Shown here: positions 50,875 through 60,562 of the stretch, one piece after another
Position numbering within the stretch: position 1 is the stretch's first letter
Layout of the letters: each line of letters starts with the position of its first letter
DNA from: Candidatus Hermodarchaeota archaeon
Lineage (GTDB): Archaea; Asgardarchaeota; Hermodarchaeia; Hermodarchaeales; Hermodarchaeaceae
DNA length: 64,000 bases
Direction: 5' to 3'
Assembly (NCBI GenBank): GCA_016839365.1
Contig: JAEOUH010000047.1
Location: 18,152 to 82,151, forward strand
Program-made: the position numbers and the translations under genes
Notes under the pieces: generated by a model
The model's database searches: none
What the model was told of the DNA's origin: nothing
Seen by the model: only the letters and a program-made list of their open reading frames with translations

Positions 50875-50983
50875 GGGCCGATAGTCTAGCTATCTGAGAG
50901 GAGGCTATTCTCTTGGACTAGAAGGCTATGATATCGCGTTTACACCGCGATGGTCGGGGGTTCGAGTCCCTCTCGGCCCACCA
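50875..50983 (+). tRNA. tRNA-Val(UAC) with 32-nt BHB intron at 17/18 (50892-50923)
   Basis: GGGCCGA/TCGGCCC, TCGCG-TT-TAC-AC-CGCGA, CCA; BHB CTAG/CTAG with bulges CT|A and AA|G. Confidence 0.9.
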
Positions 50984-50995
50984 AAGAACCCTTTT

Positions 50996-51457
50996 ATGAA
51001 GACAGCTCAAAGGCGTCGAAGCGGAGATGAATGTTTGCCAGATAAAGGTAAGAAACTCTGGTTTACCCGGTTTGTATTATTCGGAGGCGTCTACGACATA
51101 GTCTTAGCCTTGACTTTTCTCTTCTTTACACCGATAGTTTCAATTCTTCTCAATTACCCGATTTCGATTCTATCTGCGGCGCTCCTTCAGATCATCGGCG
51201 CGTTTCTGATAGGTTTTGGTTTGGCATTGCTCGTAGCAGCAAGAAATTTAGATCAGCAACTCATCATCCCGATCGCCAACATTCCCGCTCGAATAATTGC
51301 CGCTGTTGTTCTCATGTACTATATTTTTCTAGGGTTACCGTTTACTCTGCTTGTGTTGGGAATCATTGAAGGTCTCTTTGGCATTGTTTACACCATCTTC
51401 ATCCTTGCCATTCCTGAGTACACATTCCGCTCGGTTTTCAAGAATGCGCCAACATAA
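50996..51457 (+). CDS. hypothetical 4-TM membrane protein; start probably downstream
   Basis: Hydrophobic ORF between two tRNAs. Confidence 0.6.
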   Translation: MKTAQRRRSGDECLPDKGKKLWFTRFVLFGGVYDIVLALTFLFFTPIVSILLNYPISILSAALLQIIGAFLIGFGLALLVAARNLDQQLIIPIANIPARIIAAVVLMYYIFLGLPFTLLVLGIIEGLFGIVYTIFILAIPEYTFRSVFKNAPT

Positions 51458-51497
51458 CCTTCTTAAATAACGCAGTTTTAACAAGGAAACAATGTGT

Positions 51498-51583
51498 GCC
51501 GAGGTATCCTAGCCTGGTAGGGAGCAGGCCTGCTAAGTCTGTGTCCATCGGACTCACGAGTTCAAATCTCGTCCTCGGCGCCA
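51498..51583 (+). tRNA. tRNA-Ser(GCU), intronless
   Basis: GCCGAGG/CCTCGGC, CAGGC-CT-GCT-AA-GTCTG, long variable arm, CCA. Confidence 0.95.
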
Positions 51584-51624
51584 CTCTTACTAAATTCAGA
51601 ACACCTCATGAAAAGCTGAATACT

Positions 51625-52119
51625 ATGCCGTTTACCCCCTTCCATTTAGGTCCAAGCCTGCTGATTGGATTGATACTCTTTCCCTACCTATTTCTACCCA
51701 GCATCCTCCTTGGGAGCATCATCGTGGACGTTGAACCACTCGCCTTCCTTCTCCTCGGTTTACCAGTACAACATTTATTCTTTCATACTTTCTTGGGAGC
51801 CACCATCTTAGCTCTGATTGGGGCCCTTGTAATCTATCTTCTTCGAGGCATCTTTGAAAAGATAATGGCATCCTTCCTTCTCCCGCAAACAGCTTCGCCA
51901 TTGAACATCACTGCCGCGGCCCTAATCGGCGCTTACTCACATATCCTGTTAGACGGCTTCTTATATCCTGAAATGCAGCCATTCTGGCCACTGTTAGGAA
52001 ATCCCTTTCTTGGTCTTGTATCGTCTTCAACGATCTATCTTTTCTGTGTCTTATGCTTCATTATTGCTATTCCAGTTTACATCTTTCAGATTTGGCGTGT
52101 AAAACAGCACCCTAAGTAA
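51625..52119 (+). CDS. membrane-bound metal-dependent hydrolase-like protein
   Basis: MPFTPFH, DVEP, HLFFHTF, SHILLD, PFWP motifs. Confidence 0.8.
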   Translation: MPFTPFHLGPSLLIGLILFPYLFLPSILLGSIIVDVEPLAFLLLGLPVQHLFFHTFLGATILALIGALVIYLLRGIFEKIMASFLLPQTASPLNITAAALIGAYSHILLDGFLYPEMQPFWPLLGNPFLGLVSSSTIYLFCVLCFIIAIPVYIFQIWRVKQHPK

Positions 52120-52151
52120 ACATTATATATTGCGGAGTTGTGTGAGCTGAA

Positions 52152-52500
52152 TGGACGGTGAGCCTAGGCGGGGGGCTAGAAGCCCCGCAGCGCCGCTACG
52201 GGCTGGCTAAGGCTCCCCTGCACCGCAAACGCTCTATACGGCGGGCTGAATGCCGATGTTAGGCTTTCTGACCTGTTGTACGACTCACTGTTTAAGGCTG
52301 TGACGATCCGCCTCGGAGGATCGCTGGTGGCGGTAGGCTTTTCGTAGGAAGGGCTGAATCGTCTTTATCAGGTGAAACCAGCGAGGCCCGGGAGGGAGCA
52401 GCGTAAGCCTGTACTGTAGATGCTTCCGAGATCCGGGTCTGAGACCTGACTGTGAGTACGGCTTCAGGGAGGGTTGACGACCGTCGGGGTTCATCGTCCA
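52152..52500 (+). ncRNA. ffs: SRP RNA (7S) with predicted 31-nt BHB intron 52180-52210
   Basis: Terminal helix TGGACGGTGAGCC/GGTTCATCGTCCA; helix 8 GC-GAGG-CCC-GGGA-GGG-AGCA-GC; helix 6 GTAG tetraloop; TATA TTATATAT upstream. Confidence 0.92.
52180..52210 (+). other. predicted 31-nt BHB intron in the SRP RNA Alu domain
   Basis: GGCT-AG|A-AGCCC...GGGCT-GGCT-AA|G; excision yields GGGGGGCTAGGGCTCCCC whose loop TAGGGC pairs with GCTCTA (52231-52236). Confidence 0.8.
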
Positions 52501-52509
52501 CCCCTTAAC

Positions 52510-53454
52510 TTATTTTGGTGATGAGAAGCCCAGGGCTTCCTTATGAAGGCACACTGCACATACTTGTTGGGATGTGATTTCTCCGCAACTCTGACATTTC
52601 CTATACGGAACCTCTTCTTCTTGTTGAATGGCTTCGATGATCTTCGTAAAGGTGGCATGAAGGTTGTATTTGGAGCCAGGATGTTTTACTTCGAAAGCGT
52701 TGAGCCATTCACGGATTTCTGAGCGAAGTGAGGTTTCTTTGTAGGGACAGGGGGGATGATAGATTGGGTATCCAAGTAAGTTAGCAAAGAGGGCGAGATC
52801 AGCTTCAAGAGTATGATACAAGGGCTTGATTCGGGGGATAAGCCAATCAGAAACACCCCTCAGGTAGGGAGTAATCCGTGATAATCGCGGTAAATCTCCA
52901 CGAATGAGATTCATGAGCATCGATTGAATTTCATCATCCAGATTGTGTCCTAAGGCTAATTTATCGGCTTGAATTTTACGAGCCAGCTGGTTCAGCCCCT
53001 GTCGTCTAAGTGTTCCACAATAAGCACATGGTGAAAGGGATGATTGCAAAACTTGTGCCCGAGTCGCGATTTCATCAAGGGTAAGGGAGAACATATCCTG
53101 ATAAGAGGCCGTTACATGTTCTACTTTGAGGGTATTCGTGACCCTTTGCAACACCTCTTGCCGTAGAAGGTCTTGTTTGTTGCCTTCTTCGAGGGTTATG
53201 GCGATGACTTCCGATTCAGGGAAACGTTGCTGGATTTCCACTAAAATCGCTAACAGTACAGTGCTATCTTTTCCGCCTGAATAGCCAACAGCGATTCGAT
53301 CTGTACGCTCAAGCATATTGTATTTTGAGATGGCCATTCGCACGGCGTTGGTAACAGAGTCCTTGAAGCAGCGCTCACAAAGTACTTCACCTGAGTAGGG
53401 TCGAGACATTACCGATTCTGCCTTGCACATCGTACACTCGTTAGTCATTGCCAT
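52510..53454 (-). CDS. TtuA/NcsA-type tRNA 2-thiolation protein
   Basis: N- and C-terminal Zn fingers, SGGKDS PP-loop, CAYCGTLRR, GHNLDD, CPY. Confidence 0.9.
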   Translation of the reverse strand: MAMTNECTMCKAESVMSRPYSGEVLCERCFKDSVTNAVRMAISKYNMLERTDRIAVGYSGGKDSTVLLAILVEIQQRFPESEVIAITLEEGNKQDLLRQEVLQRVTNTLKVEHVTASYQDMFSLTLDEIATRAQVLQSSLSPCAYCGTLRRQGLNQLARKIQADKLALGHNLDDEIQSMLMNLIRGDLPRLSRITPYLRGVSDWLIPRIKPLYHTLEADLALFANLLGYPIYHPPCPYKETSLRSEIREWLNAFEVKHPGSKYNLHATFTKIIEAIQQEEEVPYRKCQSCGEITSQQVCAVCLHKEALGFSSPK

Positions 53455-53491
53455 AAAGAGCTAGGAGCTTGTGAAATAAAATTCCATGCCT

Positions 53492-54706
53492 CTAACGAAA
53501 GAAGAAGAGCAATAGACTTGGATTGAGGAAGGTGAAAATGATGTTTAGGATAAGTATTGTCAGAGCGGTAATGCGAAGCCCCCAAAGGAGCGCTTTTCCA
53601 CTTTTTCGTTCAAGTGACACTGTTCGATCAATGAGCTCCTTCCAAAGCCTATCACCATCGAGTGGCGGGATAGGCAAGAGGTTGATGATACCCAGACTGA
53701 TAGTTATCACAAAGAACCAAGTCAGCCCTTCATAAAACTGAGTACCCACCGTCGGGCCAAGCAGGCTAAAGGGATATACTAGGGGGAAATATGTTCGTGA
53801 CCAGATTCCGATATATCCAAGCGAAGCGTTGTTTGGGTTTGTACCAAGAGTTAGAGGTATTGTACCTTCGTGTATGTTAAGTATCACCAAGTCTCCAGGA
53901 CTCGTATTTGCCATGAAGGTGCTAATATCTTGGTTTGTGTGTATAGCCGTGCCATTCATTCCAATGATGACCATTCCTGGAACAAGTACGCCATGTGCGG
54001 GAGTTCCAGCATCTACTTGAGAGATGAGTGCACCACTTGGAACAGGGATTATTATGAACGTAATCATGACCAAGGCAATTGCCGCAACAGTGAGGTTTGC
54101 CCCAGAACCAGAGGCGTAAAGTCGAACCCGTTGTAATCGTGTGGTCTTAGTTTTTACATATTCTTCATCTGGTTCAACGAACGCACCAAAGAAGATTAAG
54201 AAGAGGAACAGGCCTGAACTTTGAACAGGAATGTTGTCAGCACGAGCAGCAACACCGTGAGCGAGCTCGTGTACAACAACTGCTACAATCAAGGGGATTA
54301 GAATCATCAAGAAGAAATTAAATGACATGGTGATGCCGGGAATCAATGGAGCAACGGCCCCTGGCGTGCTGGGTTGACCTAGATAGAATTTGATGAATTC
54401 CCAAACATTGGATCCCATGAAGTAAAATCCATATAAAGAGAAGAAGAAGCCGACACCGATGAAGAAGGACCAGATATAGCGCCAAGCCCGGGGATGCCAT
54501 CGCCCGATGCGATCTAAGAGGTTATTAAAGCGTTGCGTGCGGGCGAAGAGCATGAAAGGGCCAACTTCAACGCCATATTTTTCGAGTTTGAATACTGAGG
54601 CAAGACCAATTATTACCATCCAGGCCAGCAAAATGAGCAGCCATGGAAGGAAAGGAAGTAGAAACTCGAATTGTAGCATTCGCTGTATCGCCTCGTAGAG
54701 GTGCAC
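53492..54706 (-). CDS. site-2 (M50) intramembrane protease with PDZ domain
   Basis: HELAH, AFVEPD, NLLPIPPLDG. Confidence 0.92.
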   Translation of the reverse strand: MHLYEAIQRMLQFEFLLPFLPWLLILLAWMVIIGLASVFKLEKYGVEVGPFMLFARTQRFNNLLDRIGRWHPRAWRYIWSFFIGVGFFFSLYGFYFMGSNVWEFIKFYLGQPSTPGAVAPLIPGITMSFNFFLMILIPLIVAVVVHELAHGVAARADNIPVQSSGLFLFLIFFGAFVEPDEEYVKTKTTRLQRVRLYASGSGANLTVAAIALVMITFIIIPVPSGALISQVDAGTPAHGVLVPGMVIIGMNGTAIHTNQDISTFMANTSPGDLVILNIHEGTIPLTLGTNPNNASLGYIGIWSRTYFPLVYPFSLLGPTVGTQFYEGLTWFFVITISLGIINLLPIPPLDGDRLWKELIDRTVSLERKSGKALLWGLRITALTILILNIIFTFLNPSLLLFFFR

Positions 54707-54779
54707 AGTTCAGAGATTATGTATAAATGTGTGATGCACCGATGAGAGAGAAGCTTTTAAGAGATGCGGTAGGGGCTCG

Positions 54780-55124
54780 TTGGATGAGCGTGTGAACATG
54801 CCGACTCAGTATTGCATTGTGTTCGTTTCTGTTGGCAACGAAGAAGAGGCTCACATTATTGCCCGTACTTTGGTTGAAGAGTCACTTGCGGCATGCGTTG
54901 GAATGGTTCCGCAGAAATCGATATACTCTTGGAAAGGCAAAATCGTGGAAGATACCGAGGTTTTGCTCATGATTAAAACTAGAATAGACCTGTTTAACCC
55001 ACTCAAAAACGTAGTACTAAAGGCTCATAGTTATGAGGTACCGGAAATCATCAGAGTCAATATCGAAGAAGGCCATCACCCCTATCTACAATGGATAGAA
55101 GAGATTGTGAAAACTCCAAGTTAG
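54780..55124 (+). CDS. cutA: CutA divalent-cation tolerance protein
   Basis: LVEESLAACV, SIYSWKG, HSYEVPEI, YLQW. Confidence 0.93.
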   Translation: MDERVNMPTQYCIVFVSVGNEEEAHIIARTLVEESLAACVGMVPQKSIYSWKGKIVEDTEVLLMIKTRIDLFNPLKNVVLKAHSYEVPEIIRVNIEEGHHPYLQWIEEIVKTPS

Positions 55125-55136
55125 GAACGCGTAAAG

Positions 55137-55850
55137 ATGCCTCGAGAGAAAACGGCCCGTCGTGATACTGGGAGCCATGATGTCATATATACAGCGGACA
55201 GGTGGTTTCATCTCTCAACATTACGACACCGAGCATTGGAAATCATGGATGCACTCAATCCAATAGGAGCTGAACAGCTCATCCATGGGAGTATATGCCG
55301 TGGTGACGTATCTGAAAAGAGTGACATTGACATTTACCTACCAAGTGTAATCCCTTCCTTTTCTGTTGAATTTGCCCTGACAGAGGCAGGATACCAAATA
55401 ATTCACCGCGAACTCGTACACGCCACACCATTCCACGCGATAAAAGCCCACATCTTCTTGCCCGATAATGCAGTAGTGACATTCCCGCTTACGAATCCTG
55501 CACCAATCGAACTCGAGTTTTACCAGTTCGGTGGATGTCTTGATCGAATCGGCCTCGAAAACGAGCACCGCGTGCCAGGCGTTGATAAACGCCTCTTGTT
55601 AATTGAGCCAACAGAAAAAGGTCACATTGAATCACCGGTAATTGGTAATGAGCTAGTTGTGGCCAAGAAGGTAGGAGTAAGCCTGAAAATCGTTGAAGAG
55701 CGGGTGAAAATCTTAATGCGCCGGGATGAGGTTGGCCGTACTGGTGTATACCTGAAACGGCAACTATCTCCAGAGGAAACTTTCGAAGCTGTATTAAAGC
55801 ATGTCACTGATCGCGATCCAGTTGTCCGCCGGCGGGTACAAAAGGGCTGA
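55137..55850 (+). CDS. nucleotidyltransferase-domain protein (COG2413-like)
   Basis: HGSICRGDV...SDID, RVPGVDKRL, GRTGV. Confidence 0.85.
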   Translation: MPREKTARRDTGSHDVIYTADRWFHLSTLRHRALEIMDALNPIGAEQLIHGSICRGDVSEKSDIDIYLPSVIPSFSVEFALTEAGYQIIHRELVHATPFHAIKAHIFLPDNAVVTFPLTNPAPIELEFYQFGGCLDRIGLENEHRVPGVDKRLLLIEPTEKGHIESPVIGNELVVAKKVGVSLKIVEERVKILMRRDEVGRTGVYLKRQLSPEETFEAVLKHVTDRDPVVRRRVQKG

Positions 55851-55856
55851 GTCAGA

Positions 55857-56942
55857 ATGACACGAGAGATACACCTTTCACGGGGTAACTCCCCCTACGT
55901 TGGACGCTTGACAAAGGGTTGCAAGCTTTGCATGAGGGGTGAAAAACTGGTTCTCTTTGTCACCGGTGAGTGTGCAAAGGATTGCTATTATTGTCCAATA
56001 TCTGAAGAACGGTGTAACCAGAATGTAATTTTCGCCAATGAGGTTGAAGTAACTGCCATTGACGAAATAATTGCAGAAGCACAATTGAATAGAGCCACGG
56101 GAATGGGCATTACCGGCGGGGAACCAGTCCAGAAATTAGACCGGGTACTCGAGTTTATTCGGGTGGTCAAAAGCAGAGCTGGGAAATCCTTTCACATCCA
56201 CTTGTATACGGGGCTTGAACCCGTTCCGCTTGACGCAGTGGAAAAGCTCATAGATGCAGGCCTAGACGAGTTACGACTCCACCGATTCAAGATTGGAGAA
56301 GATTACCTCGAATTGCGGAGGCTGACAAAAGGGCGGGTAAAGCTGGGATTAGAAATCCCAGTCATCCCTGGAATGCGTGATTCGCTTAAGAAACTGTTCC
56401 AACAATTGGATAAGATTGGGATTGATTTTGTTAATCTCAACGAAATGGAATTCACCTCTGGCAATGCCCAGCAATTACAAAAAAGAGGTTTCAAGCTAGA
56501 GTCTGGAACAATTGCATCAGTACAAGATAGTGAAGCTGAAGCAATAGAACTTCTTGAGTGGGCTGTGAAAGAGACCTCTCTAAACATTCATTATTGCCCG
56601 CTATCACTCAAGGATGGAGCACAACTACGAAATCGCTTCAAACGCCGGGCGAGAAGCATTGTTAAACCTTTTGAACGAATTTCAAAGGAGGGGCTGCTGG
56701 TCAAGGGTATCATCACACCCTCTGAGGAGTTGGGTTTGACAGCCATTCAGAAACTATTAGAAAAAGAGTTCCAAGTTGAGCCTAAGCACATATGGGTGAA
56801 TGAGGTCAAAGGACGAATCGAAACTACAACTACTATAACTCGCCGTTTAGCAAAGCGGTTGAAGGCAATGGGATTGGGTGTGGGGATTGTTGAAGAGTAT
56901 CCTATTGATACTCGGTTTCAGGTTTCATATTCGCCGCTTTAA
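55857..56942 (+). CDS. radical SAM protein (COG2108-like)
   Basis: GCKLC, CAKDCYYC, ITGGEP, HIHLYT. Confidence 0.9.
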   Translation: MTREIHLSRGNSPYVGRLTKGCKLCMRGEKLVLFVTGECAKDCYYCPISEERCNQNVIFANEVEVTAIDEIIAEAQLNRATGMGITGGEPVQKLDRVLEFIRVVKSRAGKSFHIHLYTGLEPVPLDAVEKLIDAGLDELRLHRFKIGEDYLELRRLTKGRVKLGLEIPVIPGMRDSLKKLFQQLDKIGIDFVNLNEMEFTSGNAQQLQKRGFKLESGTIASVQDSEAEAIELLEWAVKETSLNIHYCPLSLKDGAQLRNRFKRRARSIVKPFERISKEGLLVKGIITPSEELGLTAIQKLLEKEFQVEPKHIWVNEVKGRIETTTTITRRLAKRLKAMGLGVGIVEEYPIDTRFQVSYSPL

Positions 56943-58033
56943 GAATCAGGTAGACGGAAGCGGAGCAGCGCAACAAGCCCACCTAATCCTTCAAGTTGTT
57001 TTCCCGCTTGGTGATCAGCACTGAAGATTTCAAGTGATCCAGCTTGCTTTTCCACCTGCCTCATGATATTTTCTAGTTCTCGCCGATACTCGGGTTCAGC
57101 CTCACGGAATAGTTTATCAAGAACAAGAAGCGTTTCTACAGCACCAAACTGGACTGCGCGGACGATGGCGTCCCAACCATATGCTGCTTTTCCTGTGTCT
57201 TTTCCGAGATTCGTCATTACTTCGTCCATTAGGCGGAATTCACGATTTAATCGAATTTCGCTCGCAATCCTTTCGACGATTCCCCGGTTTAACGCCTCAT
57301 ATATGCCTGCAACAGTCCCGGTGCTCACATGTTCTATGAGGAGGCGTCCTTTACTTGCAGGAACTTTATTTTTCAGGTATTCAGCTAACTTCTCTTTTGT
57401 TGAGCCTGGTCCGACTAGCACAATGCGAGTATTTTCGGGTAACCGCTCTAGGAGTTCTTGGAGTTGGGTGGCAACGCCTGCAAACATCTGATCCAGTGTT
57501 TCAGTTGCTTGGACGTATTTACCATATTTTCCCCGAGCAGTTCCATGGATTTCGATGCGGACATCAATCCCTGAATCATCAATAACTCCGATTGAAGCCT
57601 GATCTTCTTCTACAGCCACAATAATCAGTCGTTGACCTTTCCGTGTAACAGCGTCTTGTAACCGTTTCAGGAGGAGATTCGGCCATCTTTCTTTGATGAT
57701 TTCGATTTTGAGACCTGGTTCGACGTTAATTGTATGATAGGTTCCGGTTGATACGAAATCATCTGGGCCTTCCAAGATTTTTCCTTTTACTCGAAGCCGA
57801 TTTGAGTATTTGTGCAACGAGACCTCTTCGACGGTGAGACGGATGAACATCGGTCGGCGTTCGCCTTTGTCTGGACGGGATGTGTCACCAGAATCACGAC
57901 GTACACGCCTGACTGTTCGTGCTGCAACTTTATCACCTGGGAGAATCACGTTGTATAGGTGCCATAAGTCATCCATGTCTTCGGGGACGACGACTATTTT
58001 ACCCAGTTTCAGGCGCTTCGCAACAATTTTCAC
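56939..58033 (-). CDS. pelA: Pelota/Dom34 ribosome-rescue factor
   Basis: EDMDDLWHL, GTYHT, VGPG, LEGLGGLVALLRF; GTG start after GGAG. Confidence 0.94.
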   Translation of the reverse strand: MKIVAKRLKLGKIVVVPEDMDDLWHLYNVILPGDKVAARTVRRVRRDSGDTSRPDKGERRPMFIRLTVEEVSLHKYSNRLRVKGKILEGPDDFVSTGTYHTINVEPGLKIEIIKERWPNLLLKRLQDAVTRKGQRLIIVAVEEDQASIGVIDDSGIDVRIEIHGTARGKYGKYVQATETLDQMFAGVATQLQELLERLPENTRIVLVGPGSTKEKLAEYLKNKVPASKGRLLIEHVSTGTVAGIYEALNRGIVERIASEIRLNREFRLMDEVMTNLGKDTGKAAYGWDAIVRAVQFGAVETLLVLDKLFREAEPEYRRELENIMRQVEKQAGSLEIFSADHQAGKQLEGLGGLVALLRFRLPDS

Positions 58034-58106
58034 AAAAAGTCTCCTCAGCACTTGATATGACCACAAACCTCACACATATTTCTATCCACCGCTAGGATTT
58101 ACTCAA

Positions 58107-58565
58107 ATGAGAAAAATTCGCCCCATCAAACAAACGGATTTCAACCAAATTATGAAAATCGAGTTCGAGGCCTTTTTCGATCCTTACCCCCTTAGCTTAT
58201 TCCATATAATTGCGGAAAATGCTCCTGATTTATTTTTAGTTGCTGTTCAGAATGGAGAGCTGCTTGGCTATGTCGTAGCGGAGATTGAACAAGAATCTAA
58301 CCTTAGGATTGGGCATTTGCTTTCCATAGCCGTTAGAAGAGATAAACGCCGTCTGGGAATTGGACATGAACTGCTAGATTCGATAAATAGGGTGCTTGTA
58401 GAAAAGGGGTGTACAGAGGTTTATTTGGAGGTGCGTGTTTCGAACGAGGTTGCGAAAGCGTTCTATCGAAAACAGGGTTTCCTAAAACTCTGGCGAACCC
58501 GTAAATACTACGGTGATGGAGAAGATGCACTGGTGATGAGGCTTCTGTTGGAGGACCAGCAGTGA
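58107..58565 (+). CDS. rimI: GNAT N-acetyltransferase (RimI/Ard1-like)
   Basis: RRLGIG, YLEVRVSN, YYGDGEDA. Confidence 0.9.
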   Translation: MRKIRPIKQTDFNQIMKIEFEAFFDPYPLSLFHIIAENAPDLFLVAVQNGELLGYVVAEIEQESNLRIGHLLSIAVRRDKRRLGIGHELLDSINRVLVEKGCTEVYLEVRVSNEVAKAFYRKQGFLKLWRTRKYYGDGEDALVMRLLLEDQQ

Positions 58566-59620
58566 TTCGACAAAACGAGCAAATATGCCTGTTTATACTT
58601 TCAGGAGAACATGATACCTTACCCCAAGCAGAGCTTTGTGCGATATTAGAATCTGAGAATTTTTCATATACTGTTAAGAATAGAGAAAAACGCATTTTGG
58701 TAATGGAAGTAGACCCAGAGGGCGCACGGAGGGCTACTAAAAGAGCTGGGTTAGTAAACCAAGCTAGTGTTGTAGCCTTTGAGTCTGCTTCAGAAGAGGA
58801 CGCCATTCTCCATTCTCTTCGGAGAATCGATTTTTCTCTGTGGGTTCATCCAGGAAGCCGATTTGGTGTAAAGGTTACCCGAATAAAACGAGAACCAGTC
58901 GAATTCAACGTAGATGAGTTACAAGGAAAGATTGGTTCAGTAATATGGCAGGCTTTGGAAGGTCAAGTCGAAATTAGTTTAACCTCACCTGATGTGCTTT
59001 TTCTTGGAGTTATAAATGGTAATCGGTTCTTTTTTGGACCCCAGCTAGCTACACGTGATCGAAAAGTGTTTTCAAAAAGGCGGAGTCCACTTCGTCCCTT
59101 CTTTGTTCCCAGTGCTATCCACCCGAAAATTGCCCGAGTTCTGGTGAATCTGAGCCGTGCAAAACCATGCAGTGAATTCTTTGATCCGTTTTGTGGCACA
59201 GGAGGTCTTTTGCTTGAGGCAGCAGAGATCGGTTGTATTCCTGTTGGATTTGACATTGATATTTCAATGCTTGCGGGTAGCCAACAGAATCTTAGCCATT
59301 ACGAGGTTCAATTTTATGGTTGCTTAGCGGATGCTAGGGAACCACCGATAAGGAATGGTATTGTTAAAGCGATTGCAATGGATCCTCCATATGGCCGATC
59401 CAGTTCTACAAGGGGAACAACAATCAGTAAGCTAATTCAAGCTAGTTTAGCTTCATTTGCACCAATTTTAAAGCCAGGAGGATTTCTTTGCCTTGCTTTA
59501 CCATTAGAATATTTCAGGGAAAACATGATACCATCTGAAAGCTTCATAATCAGAGAAATGCATACAATGCGAATTCATCGAAGCCTCCGTCGTCATATCG
59601 TGGTCTTGGAGCGAAAATAA
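58562..59620 (+). CDS. THUMP-domain tRNA m2G10 methyltransferase (Trm11/TrmG10)
   Basis: LSGEH, RPFF, DPFCGTGG, DPPYG, IHRSL. Confidence 0.88.
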   Translation: MIRQNEQICLFILSGEHDTLPQAELCAILESENFSYTVKNREKRILVMEVDPEGARRATKRAGLVNQASVVAFESASEEDAILHSLRRIDFSLWVHPGSRFGVKVTRIKREPVEFNVDELQGKIGSVIWQALEGQVEISLTSPDVLFLGVINGNRFFFGPQLATRDRKVFSKRRSPLRPFFVPSAIHPKIARVLVNLSRAKPCSEFFDPFCGTGGLLLEAAEIGCIPVGFDIDISMLAGSQQNLSHYEVQFYGCLADAREPPIRNGIVKAIAMDPPYGRSSSTRGTTISKLIQASLASFAPILKPGGFLCLALPLEYFRENMIPSESFIIREMHTMRIHRSLRRHIVVLERK

Positions 59621-59623
59621 TCC

Positions 59624-60550
59624 ATGACGAACAGCAAAGTACGAGTATATTTCTTGGGGGTTGGAGGGGGCATCCCAGCGGTAACTCGAGCCCCACCAGC
59701 TGTGGCGGTCCAATTCCAAGGTAAACTTTTACTCTTCGATTGTGGTGAAGGAACTCAGCTTCAGTTGCGAAAAGCAGGTCTGAGCCCACAGCGGGTTCAA
59801 GAAATTTTTATCACGCATCTTCACGGTGACCACGTTCTGGGATTACCCGGACTTATTTCGACAATGGTTATGCTGAATCGATCTAAACCCTTGACAATCT
59901 ATGGACCAGTAGGCACAGCTGAATTCACGCAAATCGCTTTGGAATTAACTCATGTACAGCTTGATTTTGAATTGACAACCAATGATGTGGAGAAGGGTAT
60001 CATATCTAACCAAGCGCAATATCAAGTCCGATGTTTACCAGCGATTCATAGTATTCCTTCCCTTTCGTATATTCTTCAAATGGCTGATAGCCCAGGAAGA
60101 TTTGATGTAAGTAAAGCTCAACGGCTTGGTGTACCCTCTGGTCCACTTCGCAAAAGCCTTTGCGAAGGAACGTCAATCCAAACATCTGACGGTAAAATCG
60201 TCAACCCTGAGGATGTTCTAGGACCAACCCGCAAAGGCGTTAGCATCGTTTATTCAGGAGATACTGCTCCAAATCCCAAACTTGCCAAAGCAGCCACGAA
60301 TGCAAACCTTTTGATTCACGACGCGACTTTTACCGCAACCCATAAGGAGAATGCAAAAAACTATCTGCACTCAACGGCTGCACAGGCCGCACAAATCGCC
60401 AAGCAAGCTCAGGCTACCTATCTGGCCTTGGTTCACATTAGCCCACGTTATATCGTCACCGAAGAACATGAAAACGAAGCTAAAGCAATTTTTCCCCAAA
60501 GCTTTGCGCCTATGGACTTAGATTGTTTGGAGCTTACCCCCTCAAGGTAA
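59624..60550 (+). CDS. rnz: ribonuclease Z
   Basis: DCGEGTQ, THLHGDH, SGDT, HDAT, HST, HISPRY. Confidence 0.95.
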   Translation: MTNSKVRVYFLGVGGGIPAVTRAPPAVAVQFQGKLLLFDCGEGTQLQLRKAGLSPQRVQEIFITHLHGDHVLGLPGLISTMVMLNRSKPLTIYGPVGTAEFTQIALELTHVQLDFELTTNDVEKGIISNQAQYQVRCLPAIHSIPSLSYILQMADSPGRFDVSKAQRLGVPSGPLRKSLCEGTSIQTSDGKIVNPEDVLGPTRKGVSIVYSGDTAPNPKLAKAATNANLLIHDATFTATHKENAKNYLHSTAAQAAQIAKQAQATYLALVHISPRYIVTEEHENEAKAIFPQSFAPMDLDCLELTPSR

Positions 60551-60562
60551 AGCAAGCCTTCA

